Below are positions 44,171 through 56,275 of a stretch of 64,000 bases of DNA, piece after piece; positions within the stretch are counted from its first letter, which is position 1; each line of letters opens with the position of its first letter. The notes below the pieces were generated by a model. The model did no database searches, had not been told where the DNA came from, and worked only from the letters and a program-made list of their open reading frames with translations. The position numbers and the translations under genes were made by a program. The stretch lies in contig CP068257.2 of assembly GCA_009914755.4 (NCBI GenBank), forward strand, positions 36,896,001 through 36,960,000, given 5' to 3'. This DNA comes from the human T2T-CHM13v2.0 reference genome, Homo sapiens.

Positions 44171-47150
44171 AAGAAGATTATTATTTTGTAGTCACCCAAG
44201 GAGAGAAGAAGTCACATCTCTGGAGATAGGAGGAGATAGGGCATATGAGCCAATCACATTTCTGCAGCCTTTTGTGGATACAAAAGGGGTGGGCCAAGCC
44301 TTTCCAATATCCCTTTTCCTCCTTGGTACCCAGACAGACTATATTTACCAGCCTCCTTTGCAGCCAGGTGTGGTCATGTGACTCATTCCTGGTCAATGAA
44401 AGGTAGATGGAAGCCTGGCCTAGGAAACAGGTCTACATGCAATCTTCCATTCTTCTCCCACCCACTGGCTGAAAAGAAAGGCTTCTGAGGACACAGAGTG
44501 GGGGGAAGGCTAGGTAGAGGCTGGATGGGAAGAAAGCGGGGTTCTCTTGCTCCTCTCATCAGAGAGCTACTGAGGAGACCCACCGCACCCAGACCCCCAT
44601 ACTGGACTGTTACAGGAGTGAGAAATAAACTTTGTTTAGACCACTGAAATTTGAGAGTTAGAGCTATTAGCCTACCCTGATTAACGCTGGGGTAGCCCCT
44701 CACATCTGCCCAGCACCCTCAGCAGAGCCTAACCCAATCATCCAAGGTTACCCAATAGAGAACTCAGGCTTCCACTAGAGTAGCCGTCACATAGAGTTAC
44801 TGGGTCTTCCAGGTTCTGCCACCTCCACCGTGTTTTGTGGGACTCTCCACTGAACTCACAAAGCACATGTATTCAGCTACTCCAAAGCTATGTGTACTCA
44901 GGAAGAGAAAGTTCTAAATGTTTCTGTGACCTTGTGCCACTGATATCATGGGTTCTATCCTTCAGAGTGCTAAGAAAAGTGTTAAATCTCCAGAATAGCT
45001 TTGGAAAAGTGGAGAAATTTGAGACTTTCTCTATTTTTAGTTGCTAATATGCATTCCTGAAAAGTTTATTTAAAGCCACAAGGAAATATTTCCATATTGA
45101 ATTTCAATATTGCAATATACTATTTTAGAATAAAATGGAAAGATCCAGGACATAGAGCAGCTGAGAAGCTACACAGTTGGCCCCTGGGCTTCACTCAGAC
45201 AGTGCTTCTCTAGGCTGCAAGTCATAAGTCTTTGTGTCACCCACTTTTAGAAGACATCCCCCGGACTTCTGGGACCAACCTGAGGTTTGTAGGAATCTCT
45301 GAGGATCAATGATCAAACATATATTAGCTTGAAAAAAAACTAATATATGTGTATGTTTTTTTAAAAGGTTAAGTTTTTAACAATTTAGACGTCTTGGCAT
45401 TATACTCTGAGAACGTTAACCAATGAGAATAAGAGTGACAATTTAGATGTAAAACCTCTTAAAGGTAAAGATAAAATCCTAACCACATGGGGAAAACCAT
45501 GTGTTCTGTGGATGATTTCCCTGGATTTCTCAAAAGACTCTTAGAATGTTCTGGGTATGACTTTGGGGGCATCTGTTCTATGAAGATGGGCACCCCAGCA
45601 TCACCTGCATATTAACCCTTCTTCTTGCTCCTAAAGATGCAGAATTAGCTGAGATTAGGAAGATGTACAAAGTGTTCTCCCTGCACTTCAACTAATGAAC
45701 AAAACTTTTTAAAAATTACTTATGATTTGGAACTATTTTATCATTTTATATATCCTATGGCAACTGGCATTTTATATTTAATTTTATCATCTTTTGCTTT
45801 TTTTCTTTGATCTAAATCAGGATGCTAAGTTTTGGGGGGTCCTACAGTTTTGGCAGAGACCTCATTCTAAAAAAGAGGTACCAGACTATTAAGGCAGAAT
45901 CTGCTGAGGGTGGCCCCAAACCTGGTCTGGTGAACCTCACTCAACTCATCATTGATTTCAAGGGCACAGAAGAGGCAAGGAGATGACAGCAGGAGAAATG
46001 GACATGTACCATGGAGAAAGGGGACCAACCACACCTTCTGTCCAAACTGAGATTTCCCAGCCTGAAACAGGTCAACACTGGGGTTAGCAAGAAACTTTAA
46101 ACTGAATAGGAGATTAAAGTAATAAGAAGATGAGTACTATTATTGTTACAAATTATATTGGTAATAGTTTTAAGTTTCATTCTTTAAGACAGGGTGAATC
46201 ACAGTCCCTTCTCTCAAGGTCCTTGTCAGCATTCTACTTTTCCAAGGACATTCAAAAATTTCTCATCCAAAGTCAAACATTAGTGTGTGTGCCTCAAACA
46301 AGAAATAGTTTTCCATCAGTCTCCAAATCCTTGAATAGTAAATGGCAAAAGTATGGAAATGCAAGATGGAGTGGGGCTTAATGTTGCCACAACATTCCTA
46401 CAATACTGGGATAGTCTTCCTTGGGAATTACTTTCTTTCCTATCACGTATCAATAAGGAAAGCCAAATGTAGAAATAAAGAAATCTCCCCGATTTACTTA
46501 ACACACGGAGGTGACAGTTACAGCGCAAATTGAGGGAAGAGTAAATGATTTCAACAAATGAACCAAAAACACTTAAAAGCCACATTTAAGAGAAATGGAG
46601 TCATAAAGGCAATATTTGTGAGCAGATAAAAAATCAGCACAGAAAAAGGTGAGAAATACACAATGTCTTTCATCAAGGTGCAAGGAAATGTAAAATAACA
46701 TTAAAAGTACCAACTACATAATTTGAATATAAAGAGAACAATAGCAAGAAAGGAGAGGGGAAGTGATGGCGATATGGAGACACAGTCTCTTTTGCATGCA
46801 CAGGGCAGAACCGGTGCCTCAGGCTGGAGGGTGTCTGTGAGTACCCCACAATGAAGGCAAAAGAGCACCCAGCATTGAAGCCACAGACCTTGCTCCATGA
46901 ATCCTAGCTGATGGGCTGGCACAGAGAGATCAGGAGCAGAACAAGGAAATCCATAGGAGGATCCTCCCAAAGTACTTTTTTTTCTGGTCCAAAAATCCTT
47001 AAATCTGTCAGAAGCAGGAGGTTGGAGTGGGAGAATTGCAGAGCCTGGAACACACCTGCCTGCTGATGACCCATTCTGAGGGGGTTCTTTCCACTTGGCA
47101 GCAATGGACTTGGTAAAAAAAATAATAGATCCTTCTCCATGGATCCCATT

Positions 47151-47180
47151 TCCCTTTTTTTTTTTTTTTTTTTTTTTTTT
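47151..47180. repeat. Mononucleotide T30 run (followed by gagatggag, possibly an extremely truncated Alu tail remnant)
   Basis: ccc + 30 x t + gagatggagcc; no further Alu body follows. Confidence 0.8.
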
Positions 47181-47457
47181 GAGATGGAGCCCCAGGCAGA
47201 ATTAAAGACCAACTCTGGGACCCAAATTTTTAGAGGACAAAGGTTGATATAATGGCCAGCACGATTTAGTCATTTAGATTTCAGGTCTAACTAACTGATG
47301 ACAGACTTTAACAAAATCACTGAAAGAAATTTAACGTCAACCTTAAATAACAGTAGAGGCAGGTAATATAACAAATAGAGTCAAAATGGTTTATCTAAAG
47401 GTCTAAGCCCAAGAAACATCCAACAATAAAATTAATCTAAAACAAATTTTTTAATAA

Positions 47458-47799
<342 letters not shown>

Positions 47800-50700
47800 T
47801 GACAGTAGTGGGACTGTCCAACAGCAAATGACCCCATCTAAGCACTCAGGACAGAAGCCATTTTAGGTCATGAAAATTATACAGATTTTGTGAGTGAAGG
47901 GCATTTAGTTCTGAGCAGAAAGTAGTCTTGCAAAAGGGAAATTTGCAACAACAACAAAAAAGGACAAGGAGGGTGACAATGTCAAGCAAATGATAACCCT
48001 GCTGGAGCTTCAGAAGGAACCAGCTACATCCCTTTCCTGCTTCTACAGATGCTATGGCAGCCCCAGAGGCGTCCCACTAGGATCTCCCTTCAAGAAAGAA
48101 TCTAGCATGCATCTGAACAACCTCCAGCTGTTCACACCTCAGGCCCTGCCTCATCCCAGACAGCCCTGAGCCAATCACTGACACAGCAGGGTACTAGAGC
48201 CTGGTCATTTCTGCCCAACCCGGGGCCCCTCCAAAGGCAAGCTCTGCTCCAGACCTCCCCGTTGGGTTGGTCAAACTATCAAATCTGTACCTGGTCTGAG
48301 GCTCTCCCTGCCCAGTCTTGCTTCATCCTCATTTTATCCTTCACAGGCACAGCCCCCTTCCCCCTCCAATAAAACACTAACATTCCTAATTCCGTCTCAA
48401 CATCTGCTTCCCAGGGAACCTAACTAACACAATACTCCTAAAACCAATACCAGCAAAAAGTGACTTTCCAAGCCCCTACATGAAGACTCATTTTCTGGAA
48501 AATAAAATTTAATATAATTCCAATTACCCATGACGCTATTTAGCCATTTCAAAGGAAATGAGAAAGCTTCCCAAATTGTGGTCCTCATGGAGTGAACTGA
48601 TCATCAAATGTTGCTGTTTACATGAGGGCACACAATAATTAGGGTTGTATGTAACATGCTACTTTCAGATTTTCAGGTAAGTCTAAATGCTTTTAATTGA
48701 TGCAAGAATAATAAGTCCTTCAGTTGATTTATGTCATGCATTAATATCAATCAAAAGGTTTTCTAACACATACTTTTTAATACTATAAAATGTGGGGTTT
48801 TTTTTAATGTCTTTTTTTTCTTATTCAGAGCCACATTTCTTCACATGGTATGTTTTACCTAACCTAAGGGTTATGTTGTTCGTTTGTTTTTAATTTCAGG
48901 TTTGAGGAATCAAGTAACAGGTCTTTCTAAATCCTTTTATTGGATATATGTTAGTTTTCCATTATCATAAAAGACTGAGGAACAGGAACAGCAGCATATT
49001 GTTTAAATGATTCACAGGTAAAAATATCTTCTCCCTCTTGGTCTGTTTTCTTTCCTGATGTCTTTGCTCATTGCCAACATTGTCTATTTTATATATAATT
49101 CTTGCAGGACATTGTGCCCTGAAGGTGAAGTTGGACAGGTAAGGAGATGACCCAACACCCCTTGTCACACCTGCAGGCTCTAGGTCACTTTTGTAACACA
49201 CAATGAAATGGGTAAATTCTACACAATCCTTTTTTTTTTTTTTTCAAACAATAACAGAAAGTAAATATTTGAACTGGGGGCTTTTTCAAACAACACAAGT
49301 CAGAAAAAATTGACTTGTTTTTGACTGTTACTTTAGGCATATATTTTTGATTAATGACAATTAAATGTAAATATAAAGATATTTTAAACTTGAGGTTTTA
49401 AAACAAAGAATGCAAGAATCACCTGGTTAAAGTTAGATATTTTGTCAGTCTCAAAGTCAGTTGGCTGGATAATACCATATCATAAAATTTTATAAGACTA
49501 ATTTGAAGGTCCATATGAATTGGTATTATTGTTCATTTTTCAATATTGATCTTAGCAGTGTATTTACAGCATACAGCAGAGTTAATGTTTAATACAAACA
49601 AACAAGACTTTCCAGAAAATCTACAAAGAATCACTAACTAATAGCCATGCTTCAGTTAAATTTGTTTACTTTTTAAAGTACATTCTCAGAAGTAACATGT
49701 ACTCTCAATTAAGCAAAACACAACCAGAATTTTGGAATTTGATCTTTAAAATAATAAAAAAACTTTCTCTGCTATTTACAGCCTTGGTTAAAATCCCAAC
49801 ATCTGGATACCAGAATCTGAGCAGCAAAATCCACGGAGACACATGTGCAATTTTATGCCTGCAAGCTCACTATTATTTAGAACGAAACCAACGTAGTGCA
49901 TCTACCCTTGTTTCTTGCTACACAGAATGTATCCAGAGTACAAACTAATGTAGATTATTATAAAACTCAGTGTGTAGATATTATATATATATACACATGC
50001 ATACATACACGCACATATATAACTAAAACAAAATCTTCAAAAATAATACTTTTTCTTTCTGTATGTGATGTGCCCTGATAGTTTCCACTTTACTCCATCC
50101 CATTTCCTTTTGTTAATACTGGCCTTGACTCACTTAGACAAATGGGTCATGACCTGTAGTTTGGAAAACAGGGCTTTCCAGCCTGGCTTTAAAGAGGCTG
50201 GTCCTCAGGCCAGCAGAACCAGCAGCACCTGGGGGTAGTTTGTGGCGCACAATCTCAAGGCCTGCCCTAGACCTACTGAACTAGGATCTGCTCTTAGCAA
50301 GGTCCCCAGGTGACTTATGGATGTATTAAAGTTTGAGAAGCCGTCCTCCTGCATGCAAAAGTACAGAATGAGTATCTGTGATCTGAACTACATTTAAATC
50401 GATAATGCACCTCTTAAACTGTCTTTGTTCAAAGAACTTCTATCCTACTGAGCTCAAGGAGCAACACAGTTTCTAGCAAGATAGGTGCAAAGAAAAATTC
50501 ACTTTCAATTTCATCAACTGCTTCAAGAGGTTGCAGGGACTGGCTGACCTGGTATCCCAGCTCCTGCAGGACCGAGAGTGTGGGAGGTGGGTTGAGGGGA
50601 GGTACTGAATTGACTGCAATAGATCCATGAGCATATAAAAGTGTGCGTGTTTGTTCTTATTCCTGGGAGAAAATATATAGTATTCACCTAATTTTAAAAG

Positions 50701-53700
50701 AGTTTTATGGTTTAAAAAGTTAAGAAGAGCTACTAAGCCATGAAAAGACGAGGAGGAAGCTTAAATGCACATTACTATACCAGATAAGAAAATCTGAAAA
50801 GGCTACATAGTGTATGATTCCAACCATATGACAGTCTGGAAATGGCAAAACTATGGAGATGTAAAAAGATCAGTGGTTGTCAGGGCCTAGGAGGTCGGGA
50901 GGGATGAACAGACACAGCTCAGTGAATTTGAGGGGCAGTGAAACTAATCTGTATGATATTATAATGGTGGATCCGTGTCATCACCTGTTTGTCCAAACCC
51001 ACAGAACATATAACACCAAGGGTATACGGTGTTTATATTAAAGTATAACCCTAATGAGAACTCTGGACTTTGGGTGATAATGATGTGTTGATGTAGGTTC
51101 AGCCCTTGTTACACGTCAGCCACCCATGTGGGAAAATGTTGATAGTGGTGGAAGCTATGTATGTATAGGGGCAGGAATTATATGAGAACACTTGTGGTAT
51201 ATGCTCAAGTCTGTTGTGAACCTAAAACTGCTCTAAAAAATAAAGTCTGTAGGTATCTATGAAAGCGCAGACACATGGTCCGTGAGAGCACGTCCTCTCT
51301 GCTATAAATTGGTTGTATGGTTACAATCATACCTAGAAAGGAGAGAAAATAAAGAGTAAGTGAATACCGACATGTTCAATTCTGCCCCAGAATACAACAA
51401 AGTCCCTGAATCACTCTTGTTTCATTGTTGCCATTGCTTATTCAATTCAGTCAACTCGTATATGTGAAGCATGTGCTACATACATAACGTATAATGCAGG
51501 ATGCAAAAATGATTATGTGATCACTTCAAGTAATTTATAATCTAGCAAACATATAAAACAGGCACACAGATAATCCTTACATAGTAAATGCCTCCTTTTT
51601 CCCCAAAATGGCAAGGAGACAAATAGCAAGGATCCGAGGACAGAGAGGCAAAATTCAGAAGGCCAGAAAGGCATGGAGCCAGAAATCCAATTCACTCGCG
51701 AGTAAGGTATCGGGAGAGAGTGGTGTACAACGTGACAGGGACACCTGTTGCTCCCAATTGTAATCTTTTCTGATTGGTTTATGCCCCTTTCCAATTACTG
51801 TGTCCATGCTAATTATCAACTATTTTTATTATCAACCCTGCAGAGGGGACTAAGAGAAAAAAAAAAACTGCTGCAAAGTGATGCTGTGTTCATTTTGCAC
51901 AGAACCCAGAAATCCTGATGAAGGAAACTGAATTGGATGCCACAAGCCTTATCTCCTGTGAATGCTGAATGACTTTGTCGGTGGGTTTTACGATAAGATG
52001 TACTTTCTTTTATATCTATTAAACAAGCTATACAGAATACTGGTAAATACACAGAAGTAAAAAGAAGAATAAAATAGATAAAATTTTCTAAGTTAAAAGC
52101 TAAGGGAAAAATAAAAAGAATTATCAATTGATGTGATCAAAGAAAAATGTTTATCTCATGGGGTGTTGGAAAAGGAACATCATAAAAATTAATAGGTAGA
52201 ATAATCATCAAAAACAATCTGCACAACAAATATGACATAGCTGAGGGGAACTATCATTAAAATATAATGTATACAAATTGCTGAGAAACTCACTACACCT
52301 TCTAAATCATGTCAAAAGAGTTGTTTGCATATAAGCTGTCTGCACTTCTTCTCTCTCTCTCTTTTTTTTTGTTCATATTCACTGCAAGGTGGCTTTTGTC
52401 CACCCATGCAAATCACTCATATGAAGGTCACAATGATGTCCAGGTGGCCAAAGCCTGTGGCTAATCCTCAGTCCTCATCTCACCGAGACAGCAGTTTCTT
52501 AGCCCTTCTCCTACCTCCACTGGCTTCTCTTCTCAGCTCCTCTGTAGTTCCCCCTCCTCTTTCCAACCTGTAGGCATTGGAGGGGCCCAAAGCTCAACCC
52601 TAATGCTCTTCTGCATCTTGGTCCCTAGGTGATCTCACCTAGTCACCCAGCCTCAGATAGCCTTAGGCTTAGGAATCACAAATATATCTCTCACATGACC
52701 TCTAGACTCATATCAACCTCTCAACATCACAATTTGGATATCCAACAGGCATCTCCAACTCAACACAGCCAAACCCCACTTTTGACTTCCTGCTCATTGC
52801 AACTGTCCCCTCTTGCAGATGTCCCTTTTAGAGTAGGTGGCACCATCATATACCCAGTTACAAACAAAATCTTTAAAGTCATCCTTGACTCTCCTACACT
52901 GCATATCTAATCCATCAGCAAATGCTGTCTTTTCCACCTTCAAAGTAGATCCCCAGTCTGATCATTTCTCACTACCTCCCCTTTCGCTGCCTGGTGCCTG
53001 GCAATGGCCTCCTAATTGGTCTTCCCTGTTTCAACTCTTGGTCCCCCTCTAGACTGTTCCCCACACAACAGCCAACATGGTTCTTTTAGAACTTCAACCA
53101 ATGTAAATTATACTTCAAGAAAGCTTTAAAAAATTCAATCAGATCACATCTGCTATGAACCTTCCAATGGTTCTCCTCCCGCAGTGTGCCAAATAAAATG
53201 GAAATGCCCTTATCCTTGCTTAACAGAAGTCTACAACACAGCCTCACCAGCATGCCTCCAACTCACATCCTGCAGCTTTAACCTCACTCCACACCAGCCC
53301 CCAGTCTCCTTGCCGTTACTTGAAAGTGCCAGGAGAGCTCCTGCCAAAGGGCCTTTGCACATGCTGTTCCCTCTCTCTGCAATACTCTTCCCCGTGTGAT
53401 CATACGGCTCATGCTCCCACTCCCTTCGGGTCTCAGCTTGAATGTCACCTCCTCCCTATGACCTTCCCTAACCTTTCGTGTAAAATTCTACCTCTCCCTT
53501 CCTCAGTCTCTTGCTTCTCCTGCTTTGTTCTGGAGAATACCAACCAGCACCACCTGATTTGTAACTATTCCCTTGAGCACATTCTATCTCAGCCACGGGA
53601 ATGGAAGCTTCATGCAGGCGGGGACATCATCTGTTCAGTTCATGCTGTAGCCCAGCAATTCTGAATGATTAGATTGAAATTGGATCCAAAAATATCACAA

Positions 53701-55499
53701 ATGAGATAACGTAACTTGTTGATAAGTGTGTAAAGAGTATGAAGAGATGATCAAGCTCACAAGTTTCCAAGTGCTAACATCTATAAAACTCCATTGTCAC
53801 CCATCAAATCAGCAAAGATTAAAAACCACAATAGAATGTGATAAAATAGTGCTCTCAGATACTTCCTGGAGAAGTATAGATGGGCAGAATTGGGTGATCT
53901 GGTATCAATGATCATTCTTTCATACCAATACACCATGGGATTTTGCAATCAGAAGGTAAAGAAGACACAGAAGGAAAAGAAGGTGAAGATTAAACCAGCA
54001 AAAACCCATAATAAGTAGGACTTCTTCCTATTCATTAGTAAGAAAGAGTTGGGTGTCCCCATGGGAAAATGCTAATTTAGTGTCCTGAACCACTGTACCC
54101 TCCAATTCCTGCTTCCCCCACAACAGTGGCCCCACACTGAGTCCTACAACGAGGATAATGATCCTCAACCCCCAATTGCACAGACAGGGCTAAGTCAGAG
54201 ACAGTGATGCCAACCTTGCTGATGTCTCTAAAACACTCAACTACTGGGGGCTAACCCTAAGAAAAATTATTGACTCCGATTCCTAAGTTAATTTCCTATA
54301 AGGTGGAAGAAGCAACAAGTGTCACTTCTCTTCTGGGCTCTATGACACCAAATAGTGGAGCCGAAGAGACTTGCTGATGTTTTGAAACCCAAGGCCAAAT
54401 AATGCTCTCTAAACCCTTAGAGGTGTGACTAGGATATTCACAGAAGCCACGCAAAAGACAGCAGCCTTCAATGAAGAAACAAAGAAACAAAAAACATGGT
54501 TCCTTTTATAAATATTTATCGATTATCTAAGGCTAGGTTAATTGTTGATAACTATCAATTATCTGAGCAAGATACGCAGAAACACTTCAGGTGCTTGAAC
54601 TGCAGCATCCTGGGCTCCAACCCAAACTTACTGGAGAAGAAGCTTTAGATACCAGGAATCTGCATTTTAACCAACTCCTCAGGGAAACTGCCCCAGAGGG
54701 GGTCTAGGCTAACCATGCGCAACTTCCACCCATTCTCCTGGGAAGTGATTGTGAATCTCCTCCAAACCCCTCTTACACTTCCTGATTAAGTTGGTGCCCC
54801 CTACTGAATGTCAGCCTCACTGAATCTTAACGAGGAATCGCCAGACTGGGGGGGGGATTGTGCAGCATGTCTGGGGAACACTTCACTACTTCACTAAACC
54901 CTGCTGCACACATGCTGAACACCGTTCCAAAGGCTACAGGAACTGAGCACCGCATTGGAATCTGGCCCTGGAGGGTGCCCAGCATGGCGACCCTGAGGGG
55001 TGCAGGAACCCAGTGAGAAGGAGAAACAGAAGGTACAGTCCAGCTCGAGACCACGCACATAAAGAAATCTGTAGGCAGGGTCTCTATTATTGTGCCATAT
55101 TAAATATCTTGATATTTTAAAGCAATATTATTTTTCTGATTATAAAAGTACTCATTGTAGAAATTTTAATTGTGCCATCATCCTGCAGAAAAATGAAAGT
55201 ACAAAAAATGAAAAAGCAGCTATACACGGCCACAAAGTCACAGGGCTCATCGGGATGTGCTAACCAGGCTGGAAACTGATCAAAGCTGATTTATTGAGAA
55301 AAAATAGGCAGCATATCAAAGACTTACATCAGCTTCATAGTAGACAGACTTTGGGGGCGGGGGAACTCTGTCTCTTTTGAGTATATTCTCAAAAGGATAA
55401 ACTTTCACCTTCCTGTGAAGCACAGTTACTATAAATCAGATTTGCAAACTGTGAGAAATGCTTACAACTCAATGAGTCTTTTGTCAGCCAGTGGGGGCT

Positions 55500-55870
55500 C
55501 CATCGTGAAATCCACCCTTCGCCATAGCGATGGGATAAATCATCACCAGCCCCGAGACATCGCCTAATCCCTTCCTCGCAAGGCAGATTCGGGCGCTTTC
55601 TGCATCTGCTTCGTGTTATTGAAAAGAGCTCGGCTCATCTGCTGGGCTCTCAGGCTTCACAGTGACCTCGCACAGAACGCTGCTACTTCTGAAACTGTTT
55701 TAGACTCTTCCGTCTATGAAACAGACACAGAGTTTAAGTTTAGCGTCTTTTATGGTCAGAAATATTTAGCGTTACTTCCAGAGCGGCAGCCGTGGAACAA
55801 TGTGGGAAAGAAGTGCTTCAGTTCACTTCTTGGGAAGTACTGACCCTGGGTCAATTTAATTTTTTCCGTA
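55500..55870. promoter_or_regulatory. CpG-retaining (non-depleted) ~370-bp block; candidate unmethylated regulatory element or promoter-like island
   Basis: There are 18 CpG dinucleotides in ~370 bp (atCGtg, ttCGcc, agCGat, ccCGag, atCGcc, ctCGca, ttCGgg, ggCGct, ttCGtg, ctCGgc, ctCGca, aaCGct, cCGtct, agCGtc, agCGtt, agCGgc, cCGtgg, cCGtaa) at ~47-50% GC. I estimate an observed/expected CpG ratio of roughly 0.8, against ~0.2 in the surrounding kilobases. Confidence 0.3.
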
Positions 55871-55890
55871 AGATTTCCCCTTCTTACTTT

Positions 55891-55980
55891 TCTCCTTCCA
55901 CTGCTATATGTAACAGTATCTCCCCTTCCACTGCTATATGTAACAGTATCTCCCCTTCCACTGCTATATGCACCAGTATG
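55891..55980 (+). repeat. Minisatellite: 3 tandem copies of a 30-bp unit tc(c/t)ccttccactgctatatgtaacagtatc
   Basis: Copies sit at 55891-55920, 55921-55950 (identical except one base) and 55951-55980 (3' end diverged to ...tgcaccagtatg). ORF 55792-56004 translates it as SPSTAICNSI x3. Confidence 0.9.
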
Positions 55981-56097
55981 CTAGTATACAACATTATAGA
56001 TTAATAATATGCTATATTGTTTAAAAATATTAATGTTATATAATTAACATGGTGTGCATATTATTATATTGACAATACGTAATGTGATGTGATAATA

Positions 56098-56275
56098 AGT
56101 CTCACTGAGTGCCAGGCACCGCTTTGAATGCTCTAAACTCATTAGCTAATTTATTCCTCGTGATTCTATGGGGTAGATGCACTATTTCATTCCCATTTTA
56201 CAGCTGAGGAAACTGAGGCAGCTAGTAACAGGTGGAGCCAAGCTTCACACTGAGATCATCTGGCCCCAGCACACT
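56098..56275 (-). mobile_element. MIR SINE core, antisense
   Basis: ctcactgagtgccaggcaccgctttgaatgctctaaactcattagctaatttattcctcgtgattctatggggtagatgcactatttcattcccattttacagctgaggaaactgaggcagctagtaacaggtggagccaagc is the reverse complement of the MIR consensus (...ccccattttacagatgaggaaactgaggcacagagaggttaagtaacttgcccaaggtcacacagc...). Confidence 0.7.

Noticed and set aside
55891-55980. Possible CRISPR-like array (regular direct repeats)
   Set aside because: These are three directly abutting 30-bp repeats with no unique spacers in a eukaryotic context. It is a minisatellite, not CRISPR.
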